A DNA stretch of 64,000 nucleotides from Candidatus Latescibacterota bacterium (GTDB taxonomy: Bacteria; Latescibacterota; UBA2968; UBA8231). Where the stretch lies: NCBI GenBank assembly GCA_965206595.1, contig OZ242214.1, positions 992,001 to 1,056,000 on the forward strand, given 5' to 3'. Position 1 is the first letter of the stretch; each line of letters opens with the position of its first letter. Shown here piece after piece: positions 52,589 to 63,116 of this stretch. The translations under genes and the position numbers were made by a program. The notes under the pieces were generated by a model that ran no database searches, was not told the DNA's origin, and saw only the letters and a program-made list of their open reading frames with translations.

Positions 52589-52624
52589 AGGCAGGGCACT
52601 TTGGGCCAAGTGCCCTGCCTTTTC
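52589..52624 (+). terminator. Intrinsic terminator of head operon
   Basis: AGGCAGGGCACTT-N6-AAGTGCCCTGCCT followed by TTTC. Confidence 0.7.
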
Positions 52625-52702
52625 ATTGCGGGGTGAAGCCTTTTAATGGTCGGGCTCACTCCGCCCTGGAGCCGTTGCCGGACATCCCGGTAGCGGCTCT
52701 TT

Positions 52703-53653
52703 TTATTGCTGCCCGTAGCGGTATTTGGCGACTGCGCCCCTTGCGGCAAGTTGCCCCTTGGCGTAATGGGCAGGCATCATTGGTGATTCCCATCGCCCGC
52801 AAACCATCATCTCGACAAGGCTGGCGCCGTTCTCCGCCAGACTCTGAGTAGCCCCAACTCGGAGCGAATGTCCCGAGAATCTCCCCTCGAAGCCTGCCTC
52901 CTCACATCTTTTTTTCACGATTGCCCGAACCGCCATAGGGGTCAGCCCCTTGGAACCTACTGTCTCAGTGGGGGGGCTGTCGGGATTCCGCTTTTTGCGG
53001 TTCACGAAAACTCTACGGAAGACTGCCCCCTCAGTGATCTTCGCAGCTTCCATCCATGCCTTGAGGCGCGTAACCGTAGGCACCCCAATGAACATGGACG
53101 GTTTTTTCTTCCCTGTCTGATCCGTTTTCGAATGGCGAATTGTCAGTAGGGCGGAGCCGTTGGGCTGGAATATCAAGTCGTCAACCTGAAGGGCGACCAC
53201 CTCCCCTGAGCGCAGTAGGGCGTCGCTTGCCACACCGAGAAGCGCAGCATCCCGGAGCCCCGGCAGGCTGCCGTCAGCCGCCAGAGTAGCCAGAACGTCA
53301 ACTTCCCCCCATTGCAGCCCCTCCACTTGCCCCCGGCCCATACCACGACCCTTGCGGCGAATTCCGGCAATCGTTCTTTCTGTGAGGGGACCGACAGGAC
53401 AAGGCTCCCCCGTCAGACGGGCTCGGAACCTCACAGCATTAATGGTAATGTTCAGGGTTCCGGGGGCTATTCCGGCTCGGAATCTCCTATCCAGATAATG
53501 GGCAAGACTATGATCGGTAATCTCTCCCATCTCTTTTTCCAAGCTCAACAGGGCTTGTTTGTAGGTTCTCCGGCTGCCGGGGGACAGCCCCTCCGCGATG
53601 AGTTCGCGAACGCCAAGGGAGACCGCCGAATGTGCCGCGACAAGGTCTTTCAT
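52703..53653 (-). CDS. Tyrosine recombinase, Cre-like subgroup
   Basis: RDAALL..LLRSGE, HSKTDQ, SGHSLRVGATQSL, GRWESPMMPAHY. Confidence 0.9.
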   Translation of the reverse strand: MKDLVAAHSAVSLGVRELIAEGLSPGSRRTYKQALLSLEKEMGEITDHSLAHYLDRRFRAGIAPGTLNITINAVRFRARLTGEPCPVGPLTERTIAGIRRKGRGMGRGQVEGLQWGEVDVLATLAADGSLPGLRDAALLGVASDALLRSGEVVALQVDDLIFQPNGSALLTIRHSKTDQTGKKKPSMFIGVPTVTRLKAWMEAAKITEGAVFRRVFVNRKKRNPDSPPTETVGSKGLTPMAVRAIVKKRCEEAGFEGRFSGHSLRVGATQSLAENGASLVEMMVCGRWESPMMPAHYAKGQLAARGAVAKYRYGQQ

Positions 53654-53843
53654 AAGATTCCCCTCTTTGACACTCTGAAACTTTAGTATGTAAGATTTAT
53701 ATGCTAAAGTTTTATGATACTTCAAAAAAGCGTGTTTTCCCTCTGGAATCACTAAAGAGAAATTTCGGTTCAAACATGAATTTACGCAAGTGCGGAAAAG
53801 GCGGCGGCGGCGGAAACCCGGTGCCGAACAGGAAGGTCGGTAG

Positions 53844-54839
53844 ATGAGCCCGGAAGAGGCCGGCACGGCGCCGGAAATCTCGGTCGTGATCCCCGTTTAC
53901 AATGAGCGCGAGAGCCTGCCGGCGCTGTGCCAGAAGCTGAACGCGGCCCTCGACCGCATTGCGCGGGCGTCGGAGATCGTCTTTGTCGACGACGGCAGCA
54001 GCGACGGCTCGTTCGACCTCATCGGGGAGCTCAGCGGCCGCTACCCGCGGATCCGCGCCCTGGGCTTCCGGCGCAACTACCGCAAGGCCGCGGCCCTGGC
54101 GGCCGGTTTCAAGGCCGCCCGGGGGGACGTCATCGTCACCATGGACGCCGACCTCCAGGACGACCCGGACGAGATCGAACACCTTCTGGACGCCCTCGAC
54201 GGCGACAAGGACCTCGTCACCGGCTGGAAGAAGAAACGCCTGGACCCGCTGAGTAAAACCCTGCCTTCGCGGCTTTTCAATCTCGTCACCTCGATGGTCG
54301 CCGGCATCAGGCTGCACGATTTCAACTGCGGCCTGAAGGCGTACCGCCGCGAGGTGGCCGAGGACTCCCTGCCCTACCTGTACGGGGAGCTTTACCGCTA
54401 CCTGCCCGCCATCGCCCACTGGAGCGGCTACCGCGTCGGCGAAATCCCGGTGCGCCATCACCGCCGCATGTACGGGGAGTCGAAGTTCGGAAGCAGGCGG
54501 CTGCTCAACGGTTTCCTCGATCTGCTCTCGATCACCTTCGTGGTCCGCTTCATGACCACGCCCATGCACGTGTTCGGAAGCCTCGGACTCGCGGCCACGG
54601 CCGCGGGCGCCCTGATCGGCTGCTACATCACCTACCTGTGGGCGGAGACCGGCACCATACAGCACCGGCTGCCGCTGCTGCTTCTCGGGCTCCTGCTGAT
54701 CATCGTCGGAGTGCAACTGTTCTCCACGGGACTGCTCGGCGACATGGTGGCGAGCATGCACCAGCGGGAGGGGCGCACGCCGCGGATCAGCCGCCGCCTG
54801 GATGGTGACGGGGCAACCCCCGTAGAGGATGCGGAGTGA
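53844..54839 (+). CDS. Glycosyltransferase family 2 (ArnC/DPM1-like)
   Basis: SVVIPVYNE, VDDGSSDG, MDADLQDDP, two C-terminal TM helices. Confidence 0.9.
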   Translation: MSPEEAGTAPEISVVIPVYNERESLPALCQKLNAALDRIARASEIVFVDDGSSDGSFDLIGELSGRYPRIRALGFRRNYRKAAALAAGFKAARGDVIVTMDADLQDDPDEIEHLLDALDGDKDLVTGWKKKRLDPLSKTLPSRLFNLVTSMVAGIRLHDFNCGLKAYRREVAEDSLPYLYGELYRYLPAIAHWSGYRVGEIPVRHHRRMYGESKFGSRRLLNGFLDLLSITFVVRFMTTPMHVFGSLGLAATAAGALIGCYITYLWAETGTIQHRLPLLLLGLLLIIVGVQLFSTGLLGDMVASMHQREGRTPRISRRLDGDGATPVEDAE

Positions 54840-55018
54840 GCGCCCTGGCCGACCTTCCGCCAGCGGTCCTGGTGGCGGCGGCGGCAGTCCTCCCTGCGGT
54901 GTGGGGGAGTCTGGTCGCCTGGGGCTTCACCGAACCCCGGAGGTTCCGCAACCGCCGGCAATTCAAGGCCCCGGAGCTGGCGGCGGAGGACCCGCAGGTC
55001 CCGACCTACTACATATAA
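54836..55018 (+). CDS. Small single-pass membrane protein
   Basis: 60 aa, GTGA overlap with the GT2 gene, hydrophobic N-half. Confidence 0.5.
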   Translation: MSALADLPPAVLVAAAAVLPAVWGSLVAWGFTEPRRFRNRRQFKAPELAAEDPQVPTYYI

Positions 55019-55109
55019 ATCGGACCCCTTCCTCCGCAGGTATTGGGAGCGATTCGGCACTCCTGAACGGGATCAAGCAAGCCATGCCAGAAGGGCAGAG
55101 AAATTCATT

Positions 55110-58100
55110 ATGGCTGGAAACAGGAGTATCCCGTTGAGTGATGAGACCGCCATCCGGGAAGGACAGACCCTGTCCGGCTCGCTGTTCAGCGAGCCCATGC
55201 GAGTGGTTACCGTTGGCTCCAACGGTCCCGGAATCTGGGTCGCAGGACTCGTCGGCCAGCAGTCGGAGCAGTTTCGTCAGGTCACCCTTACGGAGGACGA
55301 CATTGCCGACCTGACCATCGCCGACTCCGCATTTTCCTTCGACGGCGACGGGCGGCTCCTGCGTTTAGGTCTGCAGGCATATGCGCTCGGCATCGCCTAC
55401 GAATTCGACCCTTATTTCGGGCTGTCCATTTCGCGGGTGGATCCTCTGCCCCACCAGCTCGAAGCGGTCTACGATCACTTCCTCAAATTGCCAAGCGTGC
55501 GCTTCCTACTCGCCGACGATGCAGGAGCAGGCAAGACCATCATGGCCGGTCTCCTGATTCGCGAACTCAAGCTTCGTGGGCTTATCGAACGGGTCCTCGT
55601 CGTCTGCCCCGCGAACCTGACGTTCCAATGGCAGCGTGAGCTCAAGGAGAAGTTCGAGGTGAAGTTCCTGGTGCTGAAAGGCAGCGACATCCGCGATCAG
55701 TTCGGCGTCAACCAGTGGATGGAGCAAAAGCAGATCATCACCTCCCTCGACCTCGCCAAGCGCACCGAGATCCTTCCCGGACTGGCTCAGGTGCGTTGGG
55801 ATCTGGTGATCGTCGACGAGGCCCACCGCATGTCGGCGCGCGACGAGACGCACAAGAGCCAGCGGTACCGGCTGGGAGAACTGCTGCGGGACAGCGCCGA
55901 TAACGTGCTGCTGCTGACCGCCACTCCGCACAAAGGGGACCCCCAGAACTTCAGCCTCTTCCTGCAGCTCCTCGACCGGGACGCCTACGCCGACGTAAGC
56001 TCGATCCGCGATGCCATGGACAAGAGGCGCGCCCCCTTCTACCTGCGACGCACCAAGGAGGCGATGGTCTATTTCCCGGAGCGCCATGAGGACGGAACCT
56101 GGATTGCCAAACCGGTATTCACCAAGCGCATACCACGTACCGCCGGTTTCGCCATCGATGGCCCCGAGTTCGAGCTGTACCAGGCAGTCACCCGCTTCGT
56201 AAAGCGGCAATGCACCCGAGCCGCGGCCCAAGGGGACGACCCGCGGGCGCGAGCCGTCGGTTTCCTGATGTCCCTGTACCAGAGGCGCCTCGCCTCCAGT
56301 ACCTATGCCATGCGTCGTTCGCTGGAGAACCGGACAAAGCGCCTGGAGGACGGCCTTACGCGGGCCCAGGAAGTGGTGCGGACCGCGCCCCCGGATCTTC
56401 CCGGTCTGGAAGAGCTCGAGGAGTTCGAGGACGCGGAGCGCGAGCGCCTGGAGAGGATGCTGGAAGCGATCACCCTGGCCGGCAACGCCGAGCAGGTGCG
56501 GGAAGAGATCGCCGAGCTGCTGGAGCTGGCCGAGGAGGCGAAAGCAGTCGAAGGCTCGGGCAGCCAGGCGAAGCTCCGACATCTTCGGCGGATCATGCAG
56601 GAGGAGGGGTTCTTCGACCGGCCCGACCAGCGCCTGCTGCTGTTCACCGAGTTCAAGGACACCCTCGACCACCTGATGGAACAGCTGAAAGCCTGGGGCT
56701 TCCGCGTCGGCTGCATCCACGGGGCCATGAGACCCGGCTCTCGCGACGAACCGGGTACCCGGCTCTACACCGAGCAGCAGTTCCGCGAAGGGGAGATACA
56801 GGTCCTGGTCGCTACCGAGGCGGCCGGCGAAGGAATCAACCTCCAGTGCTGCCACATTCTCTTCAACTACGACATCCCCTGGAACCCGAACCGCCTCGAA
56901 CAGCGGATGGGGCGCATCCACCGGTACGGACAGCGGCTAGACTGCCTGATCTTCAACTTCGTCGCCACCAACACCATCGAGGGGCGGGTCCTGCAGCGGC
57001 TGCTGGACAAACTCCAGGAGATCCGCGACGCCCTCGATGACGACGCGGTATTCAACGTCGTGGGCGAGATCCTGCCGTCCGCGCACGTGGAGCGCGTGCT
57101 GCGCGACTTCTACGCCGGCAGGCTTGGGGAGGAAGACTTCGAAGACCGGCTCCTGAGGGACGTGGACGAGGGTCATTTCCGGAATATCTGCCAGACGGCG
57201 CTGGAGGGGTTGGCCGCCAAGAAGCTCAATCTCGACATGCTCATCGAGCGCCGCGCGCGGGCCCAGGAAAGGCGCCTCGTGCCCGAGACCATCGCGCGGT
57301 TCATCAAGGAATGCGCGCAGTTTTCGGGCCTGGTCCTGAAACCGGTCAGAAACCTGGCGCATACGTTCGACCCGGCTCGCGTGCCGCCCGGGTTGAAAAA
57401 ATACGAGCGCATGCCGGACTGGAAGCTCCCGGAGCTTGCGGTTCGCTATCCGCGCCTTTCGACGGACCGGGACACCGCGGAGGAGCACCACCTCGAATGG
57501 GTGACCCCCGGACATCCGCTGTTCGAAGCCCTGCGCCGCCACAGCCTCGATCTCGGCCGAGACGCCTGTGCCCGTGGGGCATGCTTCCGTTCACTATCCC
57601 ACGAAACTCCCGCCCGCCTCGACTTCTACAGAGCGAAGGTCGTCGACGGTCTCGGACAGATCATCCACGAACGGCTGTTCACCGTGGAATTGGCGGAAGG
57701 GGTCTCACCCTGTCTCCGCGAGCCGGATATCCTTGGCAACCTGATTCCCACCGCAGCGCCGGATTTCCTGCCCGCTGCGGCCTCGCTTCCGGAAGCCACC
57801 GCCTGGCTGAACGAACATGCCCTGATCCCGTTCATCGACGAGGTGCGCAACGAGCGGTTTGCCGAGGTCGACCGCATTGCCGAGCACGTCGAAATGTCGT
57901 TGAAGGAGGTGCTGCAACGGGCGGACGACGAGATCGGCCGGGCTGATGAAGAGGTGGACGAGGGGGTAACGGGGGCCGAGGGGCGTCTGGCGCAGGCCGA
58001 AACCCGCCACGCGGAGGTGTGGGAGCGTCGCGAGCGACGGCGCGAGGAGCTCAAGCGGCAGCGAGCCGTGACCCTTCAGGGAGTAGAGCGACTCGCCAGC

Positions 58101-58553
58101 GCCCTCGTTCTTCCTCATCCCGAAAGCGACACTCTGGACGTCCGGGGCTTGCGCCCGCATCCCGAAACCGAAATGACGGCGATGAAGGTGGTCATCGAAC
58201 ACGAGACCGCGCAGGGCCGCCAGGTTGAGGATGTCCATGAGAAGGACCTCGGGTACGACCTGACCAGCCTCGATCTACAGTCCGGGGAGCTGCGGCTCAT
58301 CGAGGTGAAGGGGCTCGCCGGCGCCACCGGAAGCATCCTGCTGACGCCGAACGAGCGCCGGGTAGGGGAGGACCGGCGCGACTGTTACTGGCTCTACGTG
58401 GTGACCAACTGCGCCAGCGCACCTGAGCTTCAGAAGCCGATAGGTGATCCAGCGCGCTTCCCTTGGCGGGAGTTTTCCAAGGTGGAACACTACTACCTGA
58501 GCGTGAATGCCCTGAAGCAGCCGATGGAGGTTCGGGACAAATCCCCAAAGTGA
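55110..58553 (+). CDS. SNF2-family helicase with C-terminal DUF3883 nuclease-like domain
   Basis: LLADDAGAGKT, DEAH, TATPH, QRMGRIHR; GYDLTS..IEVKG. Confidence 0.9.
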   Translation: MAGNRSIPLSDETAIREGQTLSGSLFSEPMRVVTVGSNGPGIWVAGLVGQQSEQFRQVTLTEDDIADLTIADSAFSFDGDGRLLRLGLQAYALGIAYEFDPYFGLSISRVDPLPHQLEAVYDHFLKLPSVRFLLADDAGAGKTIMAGLLIRELKLRGLIERVLVVCPANLTFQWQRELKEKFEVKFLVLKGSDIRDQFGVNQWMEQKQIITSLDLAKRTEILPGLAQVRWDLVIVDEAHRMSARDETHKSQRYRLGELLRDSADNVLLLTATPHKGDPQNFSLFLQLLDRDAYADVSSIRDAMDKRRAPFYLRRTKEAMVYFPERHEDGTWIAKPVFTKRIPRTAGFAIDGPEFELYQAVTRFVKRQCTRAAAQGDDPRARAVGFLMSLYQRRLASSTYAMRRSLENRTKRLEDGLTRAQEVVRTAPPDLPGLEELEEFEDAERERLERMLEAITLAGNAEQVREEIAELLELAEEAKAVEGSGSQAKLRHLRRIMQEEGFFDRPDQRLLLFTEFKDTLDHLMEQLKAWGFRVGCIHGAMRPGSRDEPGTRLYTEQQFREGEIQVLVATEAAGEGINLQCCHILFNYDIPWNPNRLEQRMGRIHRYGQRLDCLIFNFVATNTIEGRVLQRLLDKLQEIRDALDDDAVFNVVGEILPSAHVERVLRDFYAGRLGEEDFEDRLLRDVDEGHFRNICQTALEGLAAKKLNLDMLIERRARAQERRLVPETIARFIKECAQFSGLVLKPVRNLAHTFDPARVPPGLKKYERMPDWKLPELAVRYPRLSTDRDTAEEHHLEWVTPGHPLFEALRRHSLDLGRDACARGACFRSLSHETPARLDFYRAKVVDGLGQIIHERLFTVELAEGVSPCLREPDILGNLIPTAAPDFLPAAASLPEATAWLNEHALIPFIDEVRNERFAEVDRIAEHVEMSLKEVLQRADDEIGRADEEVDEGVTGAEGRLAQAETRHAEVWERRERRREELKRQRAVTLQGVERLASALVLPHPESDTLDVRGLRPHPETEMTAMKVVIEHETAQGRQVEDVHEKDLGYDLTSLDLQSGELRLIEVKGLAGATGSILLTPNERRVGEDRRDCYWLYVVTNCASAPELQKPIGDPARFPWREFSKVEHYYLSVNALKQPMEVRDKSPK

Positions 58554-58562
58554 GATGAAGCG

Positions 58563-59383
58563 ATGAGTGACCTGAAGATCCGGAGACTGCGCCTGCGCAA
58601 TTGGAAAAACTTCGCCGACATCGAGGTCGCCATAGAGGGCCGCGTGTTTCTCGTAGGGCCCAACGCATCGGGAAAATTCTTGGGTGGCGATGTTCCAGGA
58701 GATAACCAGGTCGAGGAGTGGCTCTTGAACCTGAGACTGGCCGCGATCTCCCCGGAGTGGACGGCCGTAACCATGGACGGGATGCTGCTGTTCGGGAAGA
58801 ATCCCAAGCGGTTCCTTCCTCAATCAGGCATCCGGGCCATCTGCTATTTCGGCGAGAACCCGGATAATACTTTCCGTGCCGATGAGGACCTGAAAGGACC
58901 ACTGATTCCACTGCGTGGTCGAGACGGTTCCCTGATGGAGTCAGGGCTGGTCGATCAGGCTTGGGATTTCGTGCGGCGAAATACGACGACGGCGGGCTTG
59001 GAAGGCGCCGGGAAATCAATGCCTTGGAATATCCGGAGAGCGTGATCAGGGAAGCCGTAGGGAACGCCCTCGTCCACCGCGACTACGGCATCGCAGGTGC
59101 GGAGGTTATGTTGGCCATCTTCACGAATCGCCTGGAAGTCGTAAGTCCCGGGAACCTGCCCCATATGCTGACGCCCGAGAAAATTGCCTCCGGCGCGCGC
59201 CACGCGCGAAACCAGACGCTGGTAAACGTGATGCGCGATTATGGATACGTCGATCCCAGCGGCATGGGGGTGCGGAAAAAGATCATCCCCGGAATGCGCG
59301 CCCACAACGGGACCGAGCCCGATCTGATCGAGGAGGAGCACCGCTTCACCGTGCGCTTGTGGAAGGAGCGTAGCCCAGTGTAA
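58563..59383 (+). pseudogene. Chimeric remnant: AAA ATPase N-terminus joined to RecG-C/HATPase_c_4-type domain, frameshifted
   Basis: LRNWKNF..VGPNASGK, then LLFGK..GPL, then REAVGNALVHRDY..SPG..RN..GMG. Confidence 0.65.
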
Positions 59384-59536
59384 TGGAACGCAATTGTCCT
59401 GCTCGAAAGACCGATTCTCCCTCGGCTGGTCCCAATTGGCATCCATGGTCACCCGGAGCCGAAAGGCGCGGCCTGAAGATCGCGTCATTCCCGAAGAGTC
59501 GATTGAGGCTTCGATAAGCATCCGAGGAATTGTACA

Positions 59537-61673
59537 ATGCATGAAGTGAGATCGATTCAGGACCTGTTGAGCCAGATCGGCCGCGGTGAAATCCTGCTCC
59601 CCGAGTTTCAGCGCGGCTATGTCTGGAATCGAGACCAGGTGCGGGGGCTGATGCAGTCGCTCTATCGGAAGCACCCCACCGGACACCTGCTGATCTGGCG
59701 CACCTACAAGCCGTCCCTGGTTCGCGGCACCGAGGCGCCGTCTGACCGGGCATTCCCTGTTGCTGCTCGATGGGCAGCAGCGCCTGACGACCCTCTACGT
59801 GCTGTTCAGAGGGGAGGCACCGCTGTTCTACGAAGGGGAATCCCTGTTCTTCGACCTCTACTTCAACATCCAGACCGAGGAGTTCATGTTTTGGCAGAAG
59901 TTGCGCATGGAGAACAACCCGGCCTGGATCGAGGTCCACGAATTTCTGCGCGAAGGGTTGACCGGGCTGCTGGAACGGCTCGAAACCCTTGAGGAGGAAC
60001 GGCGCGCCCTCATTCAGCAGAATCTTTCCCGCCTCAGTCGCCTCGACCAGGTCCGCAACTACACCTACACGGTCGATCAGGTGTCCGGGGACGATTTCAC
60101 CGTTGAGGAGGTCGTGGACATCTTCAACCGGGTCAACAGCAAGGGCACACCCCTCACGAGAGCGGACCTCGCCCTCGCGCACGTCTGCAGCATCTGGCCG
60201 GAGGCGCGGGCGGAATTGCGAGTCTTCAGCACGGAGATGGGGAAGCTCGGCTTCGAGGTAGATCTCAATTTTCTGGTGCGCTGCCTGGCAGGGGTGGCCA
60301 CCGGCTCGATAGTGCTCGAGGGCTCCTTCATGAGGACTCCCGCAGAGACCTTGAAGTCCGCATGGGAAAGGATGCAGCCGGCGTTCGAGCACCTGGTGGG
60401 GATTCTTCGGCACGAGACCTTCATCGCAGGTCTCGACGACCTGCCGACCAACAACGTCCTCGTTCCGGCCACAATCTACCTGGTGGGGCAGGGTGGGCGG
60501 TTTCCGACCGACGCCATCAAGCGCCGCTTCATCCCTTGGCTCCATCTGGCCGGTCTGTGGGCGCGCTATTCAGGGGCCAGCGAAACCAAGCTCCAGCAGG
60601 ACGTCGCACTGGTGGCCGGACGCGACCTCGATCCGACTCACGAGCTTGAGGCTGCCATCCTGCGAGAACGCGGCCGGGTCACTCTGGAGGCGTCGGATCT
60701 CGACCGGGCGCGCATCAACTCAGCGGTGGTGCTCCTCAGCCGCGTCGTCGCCCGCGCACGCGACGCCAGGGACTGGTTCACCGGCATCCGCATCTACGAC
60801 CCTGCGGTGGGGCGGAGCGAGGGCGAGGAGCGCCACCTGATCTTTTCGAGAAACCTGATGAAAGCGGCCGGATTCAAAGACCAGGAGCGGACCAGGGCGG
60901 TGGCCAACCGGGCCTTCCTGGGGCAGAAACCGCCTCAGCAGTACCGGAATGCCTCGCCCGAGGAGTATCTGCCGGAGGTGCAGGAGAATCAGCCGGGCGC
61001 GTTGAAGGCGCAGTCGGTTCCCATGGACCGGGAGCTCTGGAAGCCCGAACGCTTCCTCGATTTTCTGGCTGCTCGCCGGCGCCTGTTGGCGGAGGCGATG
61101 AACGAATTCATTGCAAGCTGGATTCCCGAGATCGAGCCCGGTGCCGTTGACGAGGATGGCGTTCGGCGCCTGATGGCGGAGGACGAAGGTGAGAACCTGG
61201 AGTTCAAATCGAGCCTGCGCTGGGACCTGAGGGAAGAGCGAATCAGCAAGGATATCGAACACCTGGTCGTCAAGACCCTGGCAGGATTTCTGAACGCGCA
61301 GGGTGGCACGCTTCTGGTCGGAGTCGACGACGCCGGCGGGGCTGTCGGACTCGGTGCCGACTACCGCACGCTCAAGAAGCGCGACCGTGACGGTGTCGAG
61401 AAACGGCCCCGTGACGTATTCGAGCTGCACCTGCAGGGACTGGTGGTCCGCAATCTAGGCGAGGCCGCCTCCTCGGCTTTCCTGACGGTCAACTTCCACG
61501 AGATCGACGGCGAGGACATCTGCCAGATCACCGCCGAGCCGAGCGACCACGCGATCTACGTGGACCATCAGAACGAAGCCGTCTTCTATTTGCGTACCGG
61601 CAACGGGACCAGGGCGCTTCCTGTGGACGAAGCCGTCAAGTACGTGCAAAGCCGATGGGGGGGATCAGGTTGA
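59537..61673 (+). CDS. GmrSD-type (DUF262) nuclease fused to AlbA_2/Schlafen domain; 1-nt frameshift near 59746
   Basis: LPEFQRGYVW, LDGQQRLT, IFNRVNSKG; EFKSSLRWD..FLNAQGGTLLVGVDD..FYLR. Confidence 0.85.
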
Positions 61674-61782
61674 ACCCTGCGTCTTCCCCTTCTCGAAAGG
61701 GCAGCCCAACTCACTCTCGCCTTAGTTACGCGGGTCATGGTTCAGCAATTGACTAAAGTGGTCCAGTAAAAAGTAGCTTCGC

Positions 61783-63057
61783 ATGCAGAGCGGCTCGTCA
61801 AATAACCAGGACTTAACCTTCGTGAGGCGTTTCCTAAGCGATCTCGTGAACAACGCATCTCCTTACCGAGGCGTTCCAAGGAGTTATTTGTGGTCGCAAA
61901 GGGGCGAAGGATCGATGTTCCTGGAGCCGGAGACACTGGCAGAATACAGGGAAGTTCGTCAGAAACTGTTGAATAAGTTCGCCCCTGACGAAGATCTTTC
62001 AGAGTCAGCCATTGATTCGGCGCTTAGGACCGCCGTTTTCGAAGTTGTCGATATTCCCAAGCGCCGCGATCAGGATCTGTCAATGCGGTTGGATCACGCG
62101 CTGAGGAAGTTGCAGACATTTCTGGCGAATCCATCTGAGGAGTATGAGTGTTGGATTGAGGTTGGGGGCTTGGACCTTGATTCCCTACCCGCCTGTTTTG
62201 GGGGCGTTCGCTTCGTTGTATTTGGAGCAGAGCAGATTCAGAACCTCAAGGAAGCAGGCCAAAGGAAACACTTAATCGGGCAATTAGAGGGGTTCATCGA
62301 TCTATTACCAGACCGTCTATTAGATCGCTCAACTGCAGTCATGAAAGTCAGCGCACGCGATGCGAAGGCGGCCCTGTCTCTAGCCGAGCGCAAGATTCGT
62401 GCCATTATCGAATGTCTGAACTTCTTCTCGGACACGATTCCTGGTTATCATGGATCGCTCTACTTGCCCACCAATCAAGAATCGCCCAGTGGGGTTGCGC
62501 GTTTGGCCGTCGCTGACAGTGGAAATATGTACACCGATTATTCTGACGACAGGCCGGTAGGGATTTTTTCTATTGGTGAGGTTCGCGAAAGTGCTGAGGG
62601 GAAGGTTCGCGGTGCGTTTGACCGCGTGGAGTCTTTACTCGAAGAAAGCAGGAATGAAGTAGAGGAATTGCTGCTGACAGCTGTCCGTTGGGCAGGAAGA
62701 GCAACTGTAGCAAGGACACGGGAGGAGACATTTCTGCTGTTTGCGATTTCTTTAGAATGCCTGGTCCTGCCGACGGAGAAGGACGAACTAAGGTATCGCC
62801 TGTCTCAGCGTGTCGCGCGGCTATGTGGAGAGGATATGGATCAGAGGCTGGAATTGGCTAAGATAACAAAAAAACTATATGACGTCCGGTCGAAGATCGT
62901 TCACAGCGGTCATTACGAGGTAACAGAGGATGAGCGCGATGAGATTCGAATTGCCGCAAGAGTTGTGATTCTCAGATTGCTCACGGATCCAGATGTTAAG
63001 CAGTACGGCAAGCCAAACAAATTACACGAATACTTCGAAAGGCTAACGCTCAGGTAG
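61783..63057 (+). CDS. HEPN-domain (Apea-like) protein, lower GC
   Basis: ISLECL..YRLSQRVA..LYDVRSKIVH (Rx4H). Confidence 0.78.
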   Translation: MQSGSSNNQDLTFVRRFLSDLVNNASPYRGVPRSYLWSQRGEGSMFLEPETLAEYREVRQKLLNKFAPDEDLSESAIDSALRTAVFEVVDIPKRRDQDLSMRLDHALRKLQTFLANPSEEYECWIEVGGLDLDSLPACFGGVRFVVFGAEQIQNLKEAGQRKHLIGQLEGFIDLLPDRLLDRSTAVMKVSARDAKAALSLAERKIRAIIECLNFFSDTIPGYHGSLYLPTNQESPSGVARLAVADSGNMYTDYSDDRPVGIFSIGEVRESAEGKVRGAFDRVESLLEESRNEVEELLLTAVRWAGRATVARTREETFLLFAISLECLVLPTEKDELRYRLSQRVARLCGEDMDQRLELAKITKKLYDVRSKIVHSGHYEVTEDERDEIRIAARVVILRLLTDPDVKQYGKPNKLHEYFERLTLR

Positions 63058-63116
63058 ATCATGGAAGATATTTGGCGATTTTTTCGAGTTATGTGCAGAC
63101 GAGTGTGTTGTTCTCA

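Larger units (their letters stand above)
44182..53793. mobile_element. Integrated ~9.6-kb capsid-forming satellite-like element
   Basis: Lower GC; flanking direct repeats TTTAAACATGAATTAGCGCAAGTGC (44182-44206) and TTCAAACATGAATTTACGCAAGTGC (53769-53793); head genes plus recombinase. Confidence 0.8.

Noticed and set aside
1072-59760. 1-nt frameshifts (~1345, 10161, 15976, 59746) as programmed frameshifting or phase variation
   Set aside because: They lie in short G/C runs in unrelated genes with no slippery heptamer; long-read indel error is the simpler explanation and cannot be tested without reads.
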